Below are positions 1-9,408 of a stretch of 64,000 bases of DNA, piece by piece. The position numbers and the translations under genes were made by a program. Each line of letters begins with the position of its first letter. Position 1 is the first letter of the stretch. The notes beneath the pieces were generated by a model. That model saw only the letters and a program-made list of their open reading frames with translations, was not told where the DNA came from and made no database searches. The stretch covers positions 928,001 to 992,000 of the forward strand of contig CAVXLD010000001.1 in the NCBI GenBank assembly GCA_963762565.1, read 5' to 3'. Source of the DNA: an uncultured Verrucomicrobiae bacterium. Its GTDB lineage: Bacteria > Verrucomicrobiota > Verrucomicrobiia > Chthoniobacterales > JAFAMB01.

Positions 1-813
1 AGCACGCTCGCTGACGAGCTCTGCGACTTGCACATGCCGGGTAGGAGTCTCATCGAACGTTGAGCTAAAGATTTCGCAGTCTAAACACCTGCGAAGATCG
101 GTTACTTCCTCGGGGCGCTCATCGACTAAGAGCAACATCAAATGGACCTCGGGCGAATTTGCCCGGATTGCCATAGCTATCTCCTTCAGAAGAATCGTCT
201 TGCCCGCCCGTGGCGGCGCCACGATCAATCCACGTTGCCCTCGTCCCAAAGGCGCAATTAAGTCAACCGCTCGCGCGCTTACGCTCTTGGTCCGGCTGTT
301 TTCGAGTAAGATGCGCCGGTCTGGGAACAACGCGGTCAGCTGGTCAAATTGCTTAGGCTCGGTCCATTGCTCAATCGGGATGCCCTCGACGCTTAAAACT
401 TCTTCGACGGCCATGAATTTTTCTTTATCCCGGGGCACGCGGATGCTGGCCTTGATCTTTACTCCCGCGCGCAGCCCGAACCGTTTGAGGGTAGAAGCGG
501 GCACATAAACATCCTCCGGGCAAGGCGTGAAGTTGTAGCGTTCCCAACGCAAGAACCCATAGGCCTCGTTGGAAAGCTCTAACATGCCTTCGGCTCGAAG
601 TTTAACCCCTCGGGCGCCGTAAGCCTTTAGTAGATCGAACGTAAATTGATGCCGGGTTCGCTCCTGAGCAACGCGCAGATTGAACTCGCGCGCCAGGTTA
701 ACCAATTCGGCATGGGCCAACTGATGAAGTTGATCCAATTCCAAAACGGTCCCATTCTCGGCAAGATACTGGGCGCCAGGTAGCTGAACGAGCTCAGTCG
801 TTTGCGTGTCCAT
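1..813 (-). CDS. rho: Transcription termination factor Rho (runs off the left edge; 3' part missing)
   Basis: Not in the ORF track. Manual translation from ATG 813 gives MDTQTTELVQ...YGFLRW...DVYV...DLIAPLGRGQRGLIVAPPRAGKT...LLVDERPEEVTD, the Rho RNA-binding and Walker A motifs. GAGG lies just upstream of the ATG. Confidence 0.95.
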   Translation of the reverse strand, partial: MDTQTTELVQLPGAQYLAENGTVLELDQLHQLAHAELVNLAREFNLRVAQERTRHQFTFDLLKAYGARGVKLRAEGMLELSNEAYGFLRWERYNFTPCPEDVYVPASTLKRFGLRAGVKIKASIRVPRDKEKFMAVEEVLSVEGIPIEQWTEPKQFDQLTALFPDRRILLENSRTKSVSARAVDLIAPLGRGQRGLIVAPPRAGKTILLKEIAMAIRANSPEVHLMLLLVDERPEEVTDLRRCLDCEIFSSTFDETPTRHVQVAELVSERA

Positions 814-1408
814 ACCTCGCTACGATGTGTTTGGCCAGACGATCGGTCTGAAGCTTGGTTATCTGGAGCGGACAATCCGTCCAGACCACGTGGGCCCCTC
901 GTTCCATCTTGTCGGCCAGCGGCGTCTGAGCATTTATCATTTGTTCAACCAAAGATAAGGATAACGAACGTTTCTGAACCATTCTTTCGGTTTGGGTCTG
1001 GTAGCTGCAAGCCGTGACCACAATCAGGTCAAGGTACCGGTCGGCTTTGGTCTCGAACAGCAATGGTATCTCTGCGAGCAACAGCTTCTTCGCTTTTATA
1101 AGCTCAAGCCATGCCGCCCGAATACGAGGGTGCAAGATATTCTCAAGTTCTTTTCGTGCCTGGGGCTTTTGAAAGACCAGTTCCCGAAGTTGTTCCCGCC
1201 GCAAACGACCCTCGCTGTCAAACAGCTGCGCGCCGAGCTTTAGCCTAATCTCACCTTGTACACCCAAATCGCTGTCCGTCAATCTCCTCGCTTCAGAATC
1301 TGAGCTAAATAGGTTGACTTCCAGCTTATCTCGCAAAATCGCGAATAGTTCGGCCGTAACCGTCGACTTCCCTGTCGCAATCCCCCCTGTGATACCAATT
1401 CCCGGCAT
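794..1408 (-). CDS. coaE: Dephospho-CoA kinase
   Basis: IGITGGIATGKS P-loop, LENILHPRI and EIPLLFE motifs. Start moved to MPGIG (1408) because the upstream ORF extension runs through a repeat element. Confidence 0.93.
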   Translation of the reverse strand: MPGIGITGGIATGKSTVTAELFAILRDKLEVNLFSSDSEARRLTDSDLGVQGEIRLKLGAQLFDSEGRLRREQLRELVFQKPQARKELENILHPRIRAAWLELIKAKKLLLAEIPLLFETKADRYLDLIVVTACSYQTQTERMVQKRSLSLSLVEQMINAQTPLADKMERGAHVVWTDCPLQITKLQTDRLAKHIVARYGHAND

Positions 1409-1460
1409 TGGGCAGCTTTTCCTATTAGTGAAAAATCGCGCGTTTCGTCTGCCGACAGAC

Positions 1461-1728
1461 CGGAGGGGAGCCGCTTTGGTATGCACCAGGCGACCTGGCG
1501 ATATTTGTTCAGCGGTCAATCCAACCAAAGAATGTGGCAATGTGCGGCTCCCGGGAATAGCCCAGCGCAAGGATTTACCCATGGTCCAATTTGATTACAC
1601 GCAACCGCAGAGCTGCGAACCGCTGGGTCGTTCCCGGGGAGCCGCCTGTTGTTGCCCGTTTCGGCCGATTAGGGTTAGCACAAAATTCGCGAGGGCGAAA
1701 AGATGCGCTCCAAAGCGGCTCCCCTCCG
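1461..1728. repeat. Palindromic element family A, copy 1 (REP-doublet/MITE-like, nested inverted repeats)
   Basis: Ends CGGAGGGGAGCCGCTTTGG / CCAAAGCGGCTCCCCTCCG; inner pair GCGGCTCCCGGGAATAGCCCAGCG / CGCTGGGTCGTTCCCGGGGAGCCGC. Confidence 0.9.
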
Positions 1729-1740
1729 AGCGCCGGGCAA

Positions 1741-2706
1741 TTAACGCTCCAGTCCCAATCTTTGCTTAAAATATCCAATGGTTTCGCGGACGCCGGATTC
1801 AAAATCCACTTTGGGTTGCCAACCCAGCAAACGTTTTGCTCGGGTTATATCGGGCTGGCGAACACGGGGATCATCTACCGGGAGCGGCTTAAACACGATT
1901 TGCGACGTAGAACCGGTCAGAGCCATGATTTTTTTAGCGAAATCAAGAATCGTCATTTCTGCTGGATTCCCAATATTAACCGGTTCGTGGAAATCCGAGA
2001 GCGACAACCGGACGATACCATCAATCAAATCGGACACGTAGCAGAAGCTCCGGGTTTGGCTGCCATCGCCAAAAACCGTAAGGGGTTCGTTGTGAAGAGC
2101 CTGACTAACAAAGGCCGGGACGACTCTTCCATCTTGGAGGCGCATTCTGGGGCCGTAGGTATTGAAAATCCGGACAATCTTAGTGTCCATGCCATGGAAC
2201 CGGTGGTAAGCCATCGTCATCGCTTCGGCGAACCGCTTGGCCTCGTCGTAGACACCTCTGGGCCCAATAGGATTAACGTGCCCCCAATAATCTTCGCTCT
2301 GTGGGTGCACCAACGGATCACCGTAGCATTCCGACGTTGAAGCCAACAGAAAGGTCGCTCCTTTGTCCTTTGCCAAACCGAGCGTGTTGTGTGTCCCCAG
2401 CGCACCCACTTTCAAAGTGGGAATCGGATGTTCCAGGTAATCTATTGGGCTGGCCGGAGAGGCAAAATGGAAGACGTAATCTACCGGACCGGGAACAAAG
2501 ATGTATTCCGAGACATTTCGGCGGATAAACTTAAAATCGGGATTCCCCGCCAGATGCTCGATGTTGTCGGTATTCCCGGTGATCAGATTGTCGATCCCAA
2601 TGACTCTAAATCCCTCCGCGAGCAATCGATCGCTTAAATGCGAGCCGAGAAAGCCCGCTCCGCCGGTGACCACCGCTGTTTTCTTGTTAGACTTCGTTTC
2701 AAACAT
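1741..2706 (-). CDS. UDP-glucuronate decarboxylase-like NAD-dependent epimerase/dehydratase (SDR)
   Basis: [34 protein letters not shown] and [10 protein letters not shown] motifs. Confidence 0.9.
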   Translation of the reverse strand: MFETKSNKKTAVVTGGAGFLGSHLSDRLLAEGFRVIGIDNLITGNTDNIEHLAGNPDFKFIRRNVSEYIFVPGPVDYVFHFASPASPIDYLEHPIPTLKVGALGTHNTLGLAKDKGATFLLASTSECYGDPLVHPQSEDYWGHVNPIGPRGVYDEAKRFAEAMTMAYHRFHGMDTKIVRIFNTYGPRMRLQDGRVVPAFVSQALHNEPLTVFGDGSQTRSFCYVSDLIDGIVRLSLSDFHEPVNIGNPAEMTILDFAKKIMALTGSTSQIVFKPLPVDDPRVRQPDITRAKRLLGWQPKVDFESGVRETIGYFKQRLGLER

Positions 2707-2759
2707 GGACACGCTCTACAATCAGAAGGGTATGACTTATGGATGTCGAGGAATAAATT

Positions 2760-3452
2760 CTATTCCTCAACCTTGCGTTGGTAGGTGTGCCGGATGTCCT
2801 GGGCTTGATTCGTCCAAACCGCATCCTCGGAAATGTTAGTAGCATGGTCACCCACTCGTTCGAGAGCACGGGCGATCAAAATAATATTAAGGTACGATTT
2901 TACCTGATTGGGATCTGCCACAATGCGAGCCATGATCTTGTCGCCGACTTCCAGATTCAGCTGATCCAGTTCGCGGTCACGCGATTTCATCTTGAGCGCC
3001 ATTTCAACGTCCCGGTCGACAAAAGCGCGCATACTGTCCCGAAAAATCGCTAGAGCTCGTTGAAAAACCGGCTCCAAAAGTGAAATCTCGGACACAACTG
3101 CTTCCGTGTTCAATTTCTTGGCCTTACGTGCAATCGCAACCGACTGATCGGCGATTCGTTCCAGGTTAGCGCTCAGCTTCATCGCCGAAATGACTTCGCG
3201 CATATCGGAAGCCACCGGATGAAACCGGATCAATAAGTCAATCCCTTCACGATCGATCTCTTTCTCCAAAGAATCGACCTCTTCGTCATCGGCGATCGCG
3301 AGATTGCAGAGATCGTTGTCACGCTTAAGCAGGCCTTCCATGGCGAAGTTAAGAAGCCGCTCTGTCAAACTCGACATCATCAAGACGTCGTTTCTTAGTG
3401 ACTGGAGTGCGGTCTCAAAGTTGCTACTAATGTGTTTACCTAACGGCGCCAT
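2760..3452 (-). CDS. phoU: Phosphate signalling protein PhoU
   Basis: Two PhoU repeats: LERIADQS and LERVGDHATNISE. Confidence 0.92.
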   Translation of the reverse strand: MAPLGKHISSNFETALQSLRNDVLMMSSLTERLLNFAMEGLLKRDNDLCNLAIADDEEVDSLEKEIDREGIDLLIRFHPVASDMREVISAMKLSANLERIADQSVAIARKAKKLNTEAVVSEISLLEPVFQRALAIFRDSMRAFVDRDVEMALKMKSRDRELDQLNLEVGDKIMARIVADPNQVKSYLNIILIARALERVGDHATNISEDAVWTNQAQDIRHTYQRKVEE

Positions 3453-3524
3453 AAAAATCTAATTCCCCCTCGGCACGGGATAATACCTCTCCCCAAGCCT
3501 CTCGGCGAGGCAGTTTTTAAAAAC

Positions 3525-4045
3525 AGGAGCTAGGAGCTAGAATCTAGGAGTTAGGAGGCGTTCTGCGGCCTGAATCGTTCTCGTCCTTCGTCGTCGTCCT
3601 CGTCCTCGAAAAGGTCGCAGGTTAACAAGGCGTTTTTGTTCCCAACGTCCGGAGGGGAGCCGCTTCGGCGCGTAGCCCACGACCTCGCGATGTTTCTTTC
3701 AGCGCTCAATCCAACCACGAAATGTCGCAACAGGCGGCTCCCGCGAATAACCCAGCGCGACGTTTTACCCGTGGCTCCGATTCGTTTCGTTTACAGCGGG
3801 CCTCAGACATGCGAACCGCTGGGTCGTTCCCGGGGGCCGCCTGTTTTTGCACGTTTCGGCCGGATTAATGTTGAGACGAATTTCGCGAGGGCGGACAGAT
3901 TAACGCCAAAGCGGCTCCCCTCCGGGGCATTGGACAATCGCTCCTCGCATCAACAGGCCACGCCTTTCGAGGACGAGGACGACGACGAGAACGATTCATG
4001 CCGCTAGATTTCCTCCTAGCTCCTAGATTCTGGCTCCTGGCTCCT
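3525..4045. repeat. Four-layer nested inverted-repeat complex containing family A copy 2 (3649-3925)
   Basis: (AGGAGCT)n 3525-3558 vs its complement 4012-4045; GAATCGTTCTCGTC..GTCCTCGAAA ~3565-3615 vs complement ~3960-4004; then family A outer and inner repeats. Confidence 0.9.
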
Positions 4046-4051
4046 TCTCGA

Positions 4052-5755
4052 TCACATCCGCTCCGGAACCTCGATACCGAGTAAACCCAAACCTGTTTGG
4101 ATCGTCCGGGAGAACAGATCGCACAGTAAAAGGCGGCTGGCTTTGATCTCGCCCTCGGCCGTAAGCACCGGGCATTGCTCATAAAAGACGTGATATTTGG
4201 CCGCCAACTCATAAAGAAAATTGGCCAACACGTTCGGCTTGAAACCGTCCAGTACCGCCGGCACCACTTCACCAAAGCGTAAAATCTCCTTCCCCAGGCT
4301 CTGTTCGGCAGGATCAGTCAACAGCATACGATCAGGCGGCCGGAATACATCGTCTAACCGGCGAAAAATCGCCCTGCTCCGCACGTACGCATTCTGCAGG
4401 TAGGGAGCTGTGTTTCCCTGAAAAGAAAGCATTTTCGACCACGAAAACACATAGTCGGTTAACCGGTGTTGGGAGAGTTCCGCGTATTTAACCGCGCCTA
4501 GACCCACGACTTTGGCGATTTCTCCGGATTCATCGTCGGGTAATGGCGGATTTTTTTCGCGCACTAATTTCCCTGCCCGTTCGATTGCTTCCTCCAGCAA
4601 CTCGCGCAAGGGAACGGATTCGCCGGAACGCGTTCGCATCAGCTTGCGGTCTTCTCCCAAGATGCTGCCGAAAGCGATATGCTCTAAGTCAACCTTATAC
4701 CCAAGCCTCCGAGCCACCCCGAATAACTGCCTGAAATGGAGTTGCTGCGGTGCGCCGACCACATACCAAATCCCGTCTGGATTCCACCTTTTGATTCGGT
4801 AATCCAAAGTCGCGACATCGGTCGAACCGTAACCAAACCCACCGTCTGACTTGCGGATCATGAACGGCGTTTCCGAAATCTTGTTGTCAAACACTACGGC
4901 CGCACCTTCGCTGATCTCGGCTACGCCCTTGGCTAGAAGGCGTTCGACCATGGACGGCAGCTCGGGGTCGTAAGCGCTCTCGCCGAGTTGTTCATCAAAT
5001 TGGACGCCCAGCAGCGTGTAAATGGCGGCAAACTCGCGACGCGAAAGAGACACACATCGCTCCCAGATGGTCCGGTTCTCCGGGTCGCCCTGTTGCAGCC
5101 GGACCAGCTCAAGCCGGCATTGCTCTAAGACGGCAGCATCTTGCTTCGACCGCAGATCCGCCTCTCGATAGAGGCGCACCAACTCCGCCATGGGTTCAGC
5201 TTCAAGCGCTGCCTCGTTCCGAAAATGTTTCCAGGCGTAAATGACCTTTCCAAACTGAGTTCCCCAATCTCCCAAATGATTATCGGTCACGACTCGATGC
5301 CCTAAAAACCGGGCAATTCGGGCGATCGCATCACCGAGGATTGTCGATCGGATATGACCGACATGCATCGGTTTCGCAATATTAGGGGAGCTGAACTCGA
5401 CGATCAGCGTCTTCGGATTCGAGACCGTATCTACGCCCAACCGGGGATCCTTGGAAACCGCGTGCAGTGTTTGAGCTACAAACTCGGGGTCCAAGCGAAA
5501 ATTGACAAAGCCCGGACCAGCCACTTCCGGCGGAGCACCGATCCCAGCCAGGTCTATCTTTTCGGCAATGCGGCCCGCTAGAGCACGAGGATTCTCCCGG
5601 CGCGCCTTGGCCAAAACCATGGCGATGCTTGTCTGGTAATCGCCATTCCTCGGATCCGCAGTCGGCACTACCTCCGCGGAGTCGACAGGTTCAAGCTCCA
5701 GTGCTGCCAGGGCGTGGGCAAGGCGCTCTTGCAGAGTCTGCGCCACCGTTGGCAT
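4052..5755 (-). CDS. argS: Arginine--tRNA ligase
   Basis: VEFSSPNIAKPMHVGHIRS, GDWGTQFG and GNTAPYLQNAY motifs. Confidence 0.97.
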   Translation of the reverse strand: MPTVAQTLQERLAHALAALELEPVDSAEVVPTADPRNGDYQTSIAMVLAKARRENPRALAGRIAEKIDLAGIGAPPEVAGPGFVNFRLDPEFVAQTLHAVSKDPRLGVDTVSNPKTLIVEFSSPNIAKPMHVGHIRSTILGDAIARIARFLGHRVVTDNHLGDWGTQFGKVIYAWKHFRNEAALEAEPMAELVRLYREADLRSKQDAAVLEQCRLELVRLQQGDPENRTIWERCVSLSRREFAAIYTLLGVQFDEQLGESAYDPELPSMVERLLAKGVAEISEGAAVVFDNKISETPFMIRKSDGGFGYGSTDVATLDYRIKRWNPDGIWYVVGAPQQLHFRQLFGVARRLGYKVDLEHIAFGSILGEDRKLMRTRSGESVPLRELLEEAIERAGKLVREKNPPLPDDESGEIAKVVGLGAVKYAELSQHRLTDYVFSWSKMLSFQGNTAPYLQNAYVRSRAIFRRLDDVFRPPDRMLLTDPAEQSLGKEILRFGEVVPAVLDGFKPNVLANFLYELAAKYHVFYEQCPVLTAEGEIKASRLLLCDLFSRTIQTGLGLLGIEVPERM

Positions 5756-5758
5756 CGT

Positions 5759-6235
5759 TTAAGAAGCTTGAGCCTTTGGCGCTTTATTATCGAAGATAGC
5801 GAGAATCTCCTCCGCCGATTCGGCTCTTCCGAGCTGTTCGCGCACCGATTTGTCGTTCAAAAACTTGGCAATCGCAGCCAATGTCCTGAGGTGCACCTGA
5901 AACTGGTCTTTAGGCACCACAAACAGAACAATGAACTTAACCGGCGAATTGTCTAAAGAATCGAATTCTATGCCGGCAGAAGATCTGCCAAACGCCGCTA
6001 CGACCTCGTTGACGCAATTGGATGATGCATGAGGAATCGCGATCCCGAAGCCGATGCCCGTACTCATTGTTTCTTCCCGTTGGCGCAGCGCCGCTAAAAC
6101 GGATTCGCGGTCGGCTTTTCGAACAGCGCCTTTCTCAACCAACAGATCGATTAATTCAACGATCGCGGCCCACCTCTCGGTGGATTTCATTTCCGGGATT
6201 ATTTGATCTACAGATAAAAGAGAGCCCAAAGTCAT
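5759..6235 (-). CDS. PTS EIIA-type (fructose/nitrogen-regulatory, PtsN-like) protein
   Basis: REETMSTGIGFGIAIPHA phospho-His motif. Start placed at MTLGSLL. Confidence 0.88.
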   Translation of the reverse strand: MTLGSLLSVDQIIPEMKSTERWAAIVELIDLLVEKGAVRKADRESVLAALRQREETMSTGIGFGIAIPHASSNCVNEVVAAFGRSSAGIEFDSLDNSPVKFIVLFVVPKDQFQVHLRTLAAIAKFLNDKSVREQLGRAESAEEILAIFDNKAPKAQAS

Positions 6236-6418
6236 AGCTCGCGAGCCAGAATGCGGCACATTATCAAGGTGCGGACCTTTGACAAGAGCGTTTCGCTTGA
6301 AAGATATGGGCCGCGTGCCATCGATTTTTTTGTTAGCTTTTGCTGGAGCAGCGCACGGCAGAAGACACAGTAACGCCAAATAGAATATTCACCTCCAGAA
6401 CCTGAAAGACACTACGGT

Positions 6419-7867
6419 ATGAAGATTTTGATGGCAACGAGCGAATTTGCTCCTCTCGCGTCCACCGGATCCCTCGGCGAGACGGTACGGACCTTGGCCG
6501 TTGAGTTGAAACGTCTTGGACACGATGTGAGCGTGGCGATGCCACTTTATCGCTCGATCAGGGAAGCGACGTACAAACTGGAACCGTCCTACGACCCGCT
6601 CCAGATCGCTTTAGGGGAGAAAAAAGTGACCGCCGAGTTTCTGACCACGAAAACTACCGAGGGCATCCCGGTTTTTCTGGTCCGGCGAGACGAATACTTT
6701 GACCGCTCCGGAATCTATTCCGGAAATGATCGCGCATATGAGGACAATTCGGAGCGATTTATCTTCTTTTCTAAAGCAGTCGTGGAACTGGCTCGCCTGA
6801 TAACGCCGGCACTTGAAATCGTCCACTGCCATGACTGGCCCACTGCGTTGATTCCCGTCTTCGTTAAAGACAGGCGCCTACCGTTATTGACGGCTCTGAG
6901 TGTTCACGATCTCGAGTATCAGGGTTCTTTCTGGAGCTTCGATTTCGCATTAACCAACCTGGCCGGCGGTTATTTTTCCCCTCGCGGGATCGAGTTTTAC
7001 AACCGGCTGAATTTCCTGAAGGGCGGCATCGTGTACGCCGATTCGGTCGTTTTTCCTGGAGAACTCGTTCTCTATGAATCATTTACGCAAGAGGGTGGAT
7101 ACGGGCTCAACTTAGTCCTTCAAGAAAACTCTAGTCGGACGGTTGGAATCCCGTTCGGTGTCGATTACTCGGCAACTAATCCGCCGTTCGAAAAACTCCT
7201 CGGCCGGAAGATGAAGCTTGATTCTGGAAACGGTAAAGCAGCCTGCCGACAAGCGATTCTGGACCAATTGGAGCTTGAAATCGGAGAGAACGACCTGCTG
7301 ACGGTTTGTCCAATCGAAGAGGGTGATAGCCGGACATTGACCAATGTAATTCCGGTTTTCGATCGGTTACTCACCAGTAACCTGCGTTTCGTATTGCTTG
7401 GCTCCGCCGCGAACAGCTGGGTCTCAGATTTGATGGTCACCCAGCGAAAATACCCGAAGCGGTTCGCCTGGAATCCAGAAGCGGAATCCCGGCTCAAGAC
7501 CCTGGCTCTAGCGGGCGCAGATTTGGCTCTGTTCCCAGGATCGTTGGGGCCTCGCGGCGTCACAGCCATCACCGCCATGCGCTACGGCACTGTCCCGATC
7601 GCAGGTAATCGGGGCGGCCTCCGGCAGATCATTGTCGATTTCGACCCGATTCAAAACGAGGGCTCCGGTCTGGTTTACTACCGGGATCATCCGGAAGCTA
7701 TCTGGGACACCGTGCAGCGAGCTTTCTGGCTAAAGCGGGATCCGGCGAGATGGAACAAACTCGTCGCCGGTTGTGAGGCCGTTGATTTCTCCTGGCCAGC
7801 TTCAGCTCGGACGTTCGCCCAACTTTATGCTGATCTGTTGCGCCACCGGCAAGCGGCATCGGCGTAA
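6419..7867 (+). CDS. glgA: Glycogen/starch synthase (GT5) homolog with degenerate catalytic motifs
   Basis: GT5 motifs DNSERFIFFS, VHCHDW and NFLKGGI are present. KTGGL reads STGSL and PSRFEPCG reads PGSLGPRG. Confidence 0.8.
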   Translation: MKILMATSEFAPLASTGSLGETVRTLAVELKRLGHDVSVAMPLYRSIREATYKLEPSYDPLQIALGEKKVTAEFLTTKTTEGIPVFLVRRDEYFDRSGIYSGNDRAYEDNSERFIFFSKAVVELARLITPALEIVHCHDWPTALIPVFVKDRRLPLLTALSVHDLEYQGSFWSFDFALTNLAGGYFSPRGIEFYNRLNFLKGGIVYADSVVFPGELVLYESFTQEGGYGLNLVLQENSSRTVGIPFGVDYSATNPPFEKLLGRKMKLDSGNGKAACRQAILDQLELEIGENDLLTVCPIEEGDSRTLTNVIPVFDRLLTSNLRFVLLGSAANSWVSDLMVTQRKYPKRFAWNPEAESRLKTLALAGADLALFPGSLGPRGVTAITAMRYGTVPIAGNRGGLRQIIVDFDPIQNEGSGLVYYRDHPEAIWDTVQRAFWLKRDPARWNKLVAGCEAVDFSWPASARTFAQLYADLLRHRQAASA

Positions 7868-8047
7868 CGGCGTGTCGGCGTACCGCGTGTGGGGGTGCTG
7901 GCCGGTAAGAGGTGGTAGCAAGTGAACTTAGTGGACGCAGTGGAACCTACCTGACGCTGGATCAGAGAGAGTCTAGGCGGTCCACTACGTCTACTCAGTC
8001 CACTCCCGTCCACTAAAGCGGGCGCCCATGCGCCCATACGCCCAAAC
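7859..8047. repeat. Nested inverted short-repeat arrays between convergent genes
   Basis: Outer GGCGT-type 8-mers vs CGCCCAT-type 8-mers; inner TTAGTGGAC.. vs ..GTCCACTAA 9-mers. Confidence 0.7.
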
Positions 8048-8048
8048 G

Positions 8049-8354
8049 TCATTTCGGCTTCGGGTCGCCGTCAAAATCCAGGACCAGGGATTCGGCCATA
8101 TTTGGCTTAATGATCTCCTCTACAAACTTGATGTAGAAAGGGTCCTCTTCAAAAATCCGCAAACGCTCTTTCGAATCGAAATCGACCGAGATAAAAAATC
8201 CCCAAGGATTCGACTTATCCGTCCTCCGACCACATCGCACGTTGGCCGCTACCGAGATCTTCAGGAGTTGGATTCGGGTTTGCATCATGATCACTTCGAG
8301 CTGAGCAGAGCTGATGTTTGGCTTCAGTTTGTAGAGAACGATGTGATGAAACAT
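8049..8354 (-). CDS. Dabb / stress-responsive A/B barrel protein
   Basis: MFHHIVLYKLK start, about 100 aa, ends ..VLDF, typical of the Dabb family. Confidence 0.7.
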   Translation of the reverse strand: MFHHIVLYKLKPNISSAQLEVIMMQTRIQLLKISVAANVRCGRRTDKSNPWGFFISVDFDSKERLRIFEEDPFYIKFVEEIIKPNMAESLVLDFDGDPKPK

Positions 8355-8476
8355 GAGCTTTTTCGTTTGTAGAAACTACCTTTGTCCGAGGCAAGTATTA
8401 TCAGCGGCCTGACCTTCTATGCCTCAAAAATGGTCACCTATTTAACGCCGGGGGCTGGCTGCGAGCCACATAAAAC

Positions 8477-9337
8477 ATGAAAACCGTCTCGGAAAGTACG
8501 CTGGCTTGGAGAAAAATATGCCACGAAAAATGGGTGGACAGCTGGCAAGAGCGCCTGCTTTGGCTGGGCTCCGAGCGACTGGTGATCACTCAGTTCAACG
8601 GCAGCAAACGAGTTCGGCTGGAGATTTACCAGGTTACCAAGTCCGAAGCTGCCGTTCTGAAACGGGAGTTTGGAGGCGAAATCCGCAATCTGAGCCGATC
8701 CACTGCGGACTGGGTAAAATCGATCGTCCAGAAAAAGCCGATCCCGATTCGCGGCAGGCTTCGCATCGTCAATCTTGAGCCCGAAGCCGGCCAGAGCTCG
8801 GATGGCGATATTATTTTTGTCCCGGCAAGTCTGGCATTTGGGACAGGCGAACACGCAACCACGGCGGGCTGCCTGCGCCTGCTGTGCGATATCATTCCTG
8901 CCCATCATACCGATTGGTCTTTTTTGGATGTCGGTACTGGAACCGGCATTTTGGCCCTGGCCGCTGCCAGGCTAGGCGCCGGACGCATCGACGCTATCGA
9001 CGCAGATGCGGTTGCCGTACGGACCGCGAAACAGAATGCTCGGCTAAATGGTGTATCCCGAAAGCTCCGCATTTGGCGTCAAGACGTTTTGCAATTTCAA
9101 CCGGAGTCTGCCTATGACGTCGTTGCCGCCAACCTTTATAGCGTGCTTCTCCGGCAAGCGCTTCCCCAACTCGTCAAAGCCGCCCGCAAGGGTGGTTTCC
9201 TTATTTTTTCTGGGGTCCTCAGGGAGCAACGGGACGAAATAAAAGACTGGTTGAGAGGATCCGGCTTGGAGCTCAAGGAAACGCGGAACCGGGGAAAATG
9301 GATCGTTTTATTGGCGCAGAAACAAAGGAGTGTTTGA
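8477..9337 (+). CDS. prmA: Ribosomal protein L11 methyltransferase
   Basis: AFGTGEHATT, LDVGTGTGIL and VAANL motifs. Confidence 0.88.
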   Translation: MKTVSESTLAWRKICHEKWVDSWQERLLWLGSERLVITQFNGSKRVRLEIYQVTKSEAAVLKREFGGEIRNLSRSTADWVKSIVQKKPIPIRGRLRIVNLEPEAGQSSDGDIIFVPASLAFGTGEHATTAGCLRLLCDIIPAHHTDWSFLDVGTGTGILALAAARLGAGRIDAIDADAVAVRTAKQNARLNGVSRKLRIWRQDVLQFQPESAYDVVAANLYSVLLRQALPQLVKAARKGGFLIFSGVLREQRDEIKDWLRGSGLELKETRNRGKWIVLLAQKQRSV

Positions 9338-9408
9338 GGTCGCCGAACAAATCCACCCAAATCCTTGGTTGAAATAGGTGGCTGACACATATAGTCCTCA
9401 AAGGTTTT

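Noticed and set aside
1409..1582. N-terminal ORF extension of coaE (likewise astA 59484-59681, the beta-CASP gene 31087-31203 and the PHP gene 54944-55033)
   Set aside because: The extensions translate repeat elements, and each gene has a suitable downstream ATG right at the start of the conserved domain.
3453..3520. PHO box upstream of the standalone phoU
   Set aside because: No convincing 11-bp-spaced direct repeat was found.
3636..4007. 123-aa ORF resembling ORFs at 1314-1769, 34526-34714 and 60509-60850
   Set aside because: The similarity comes from translating family A repeats; frames and stops are not conserved between copies.
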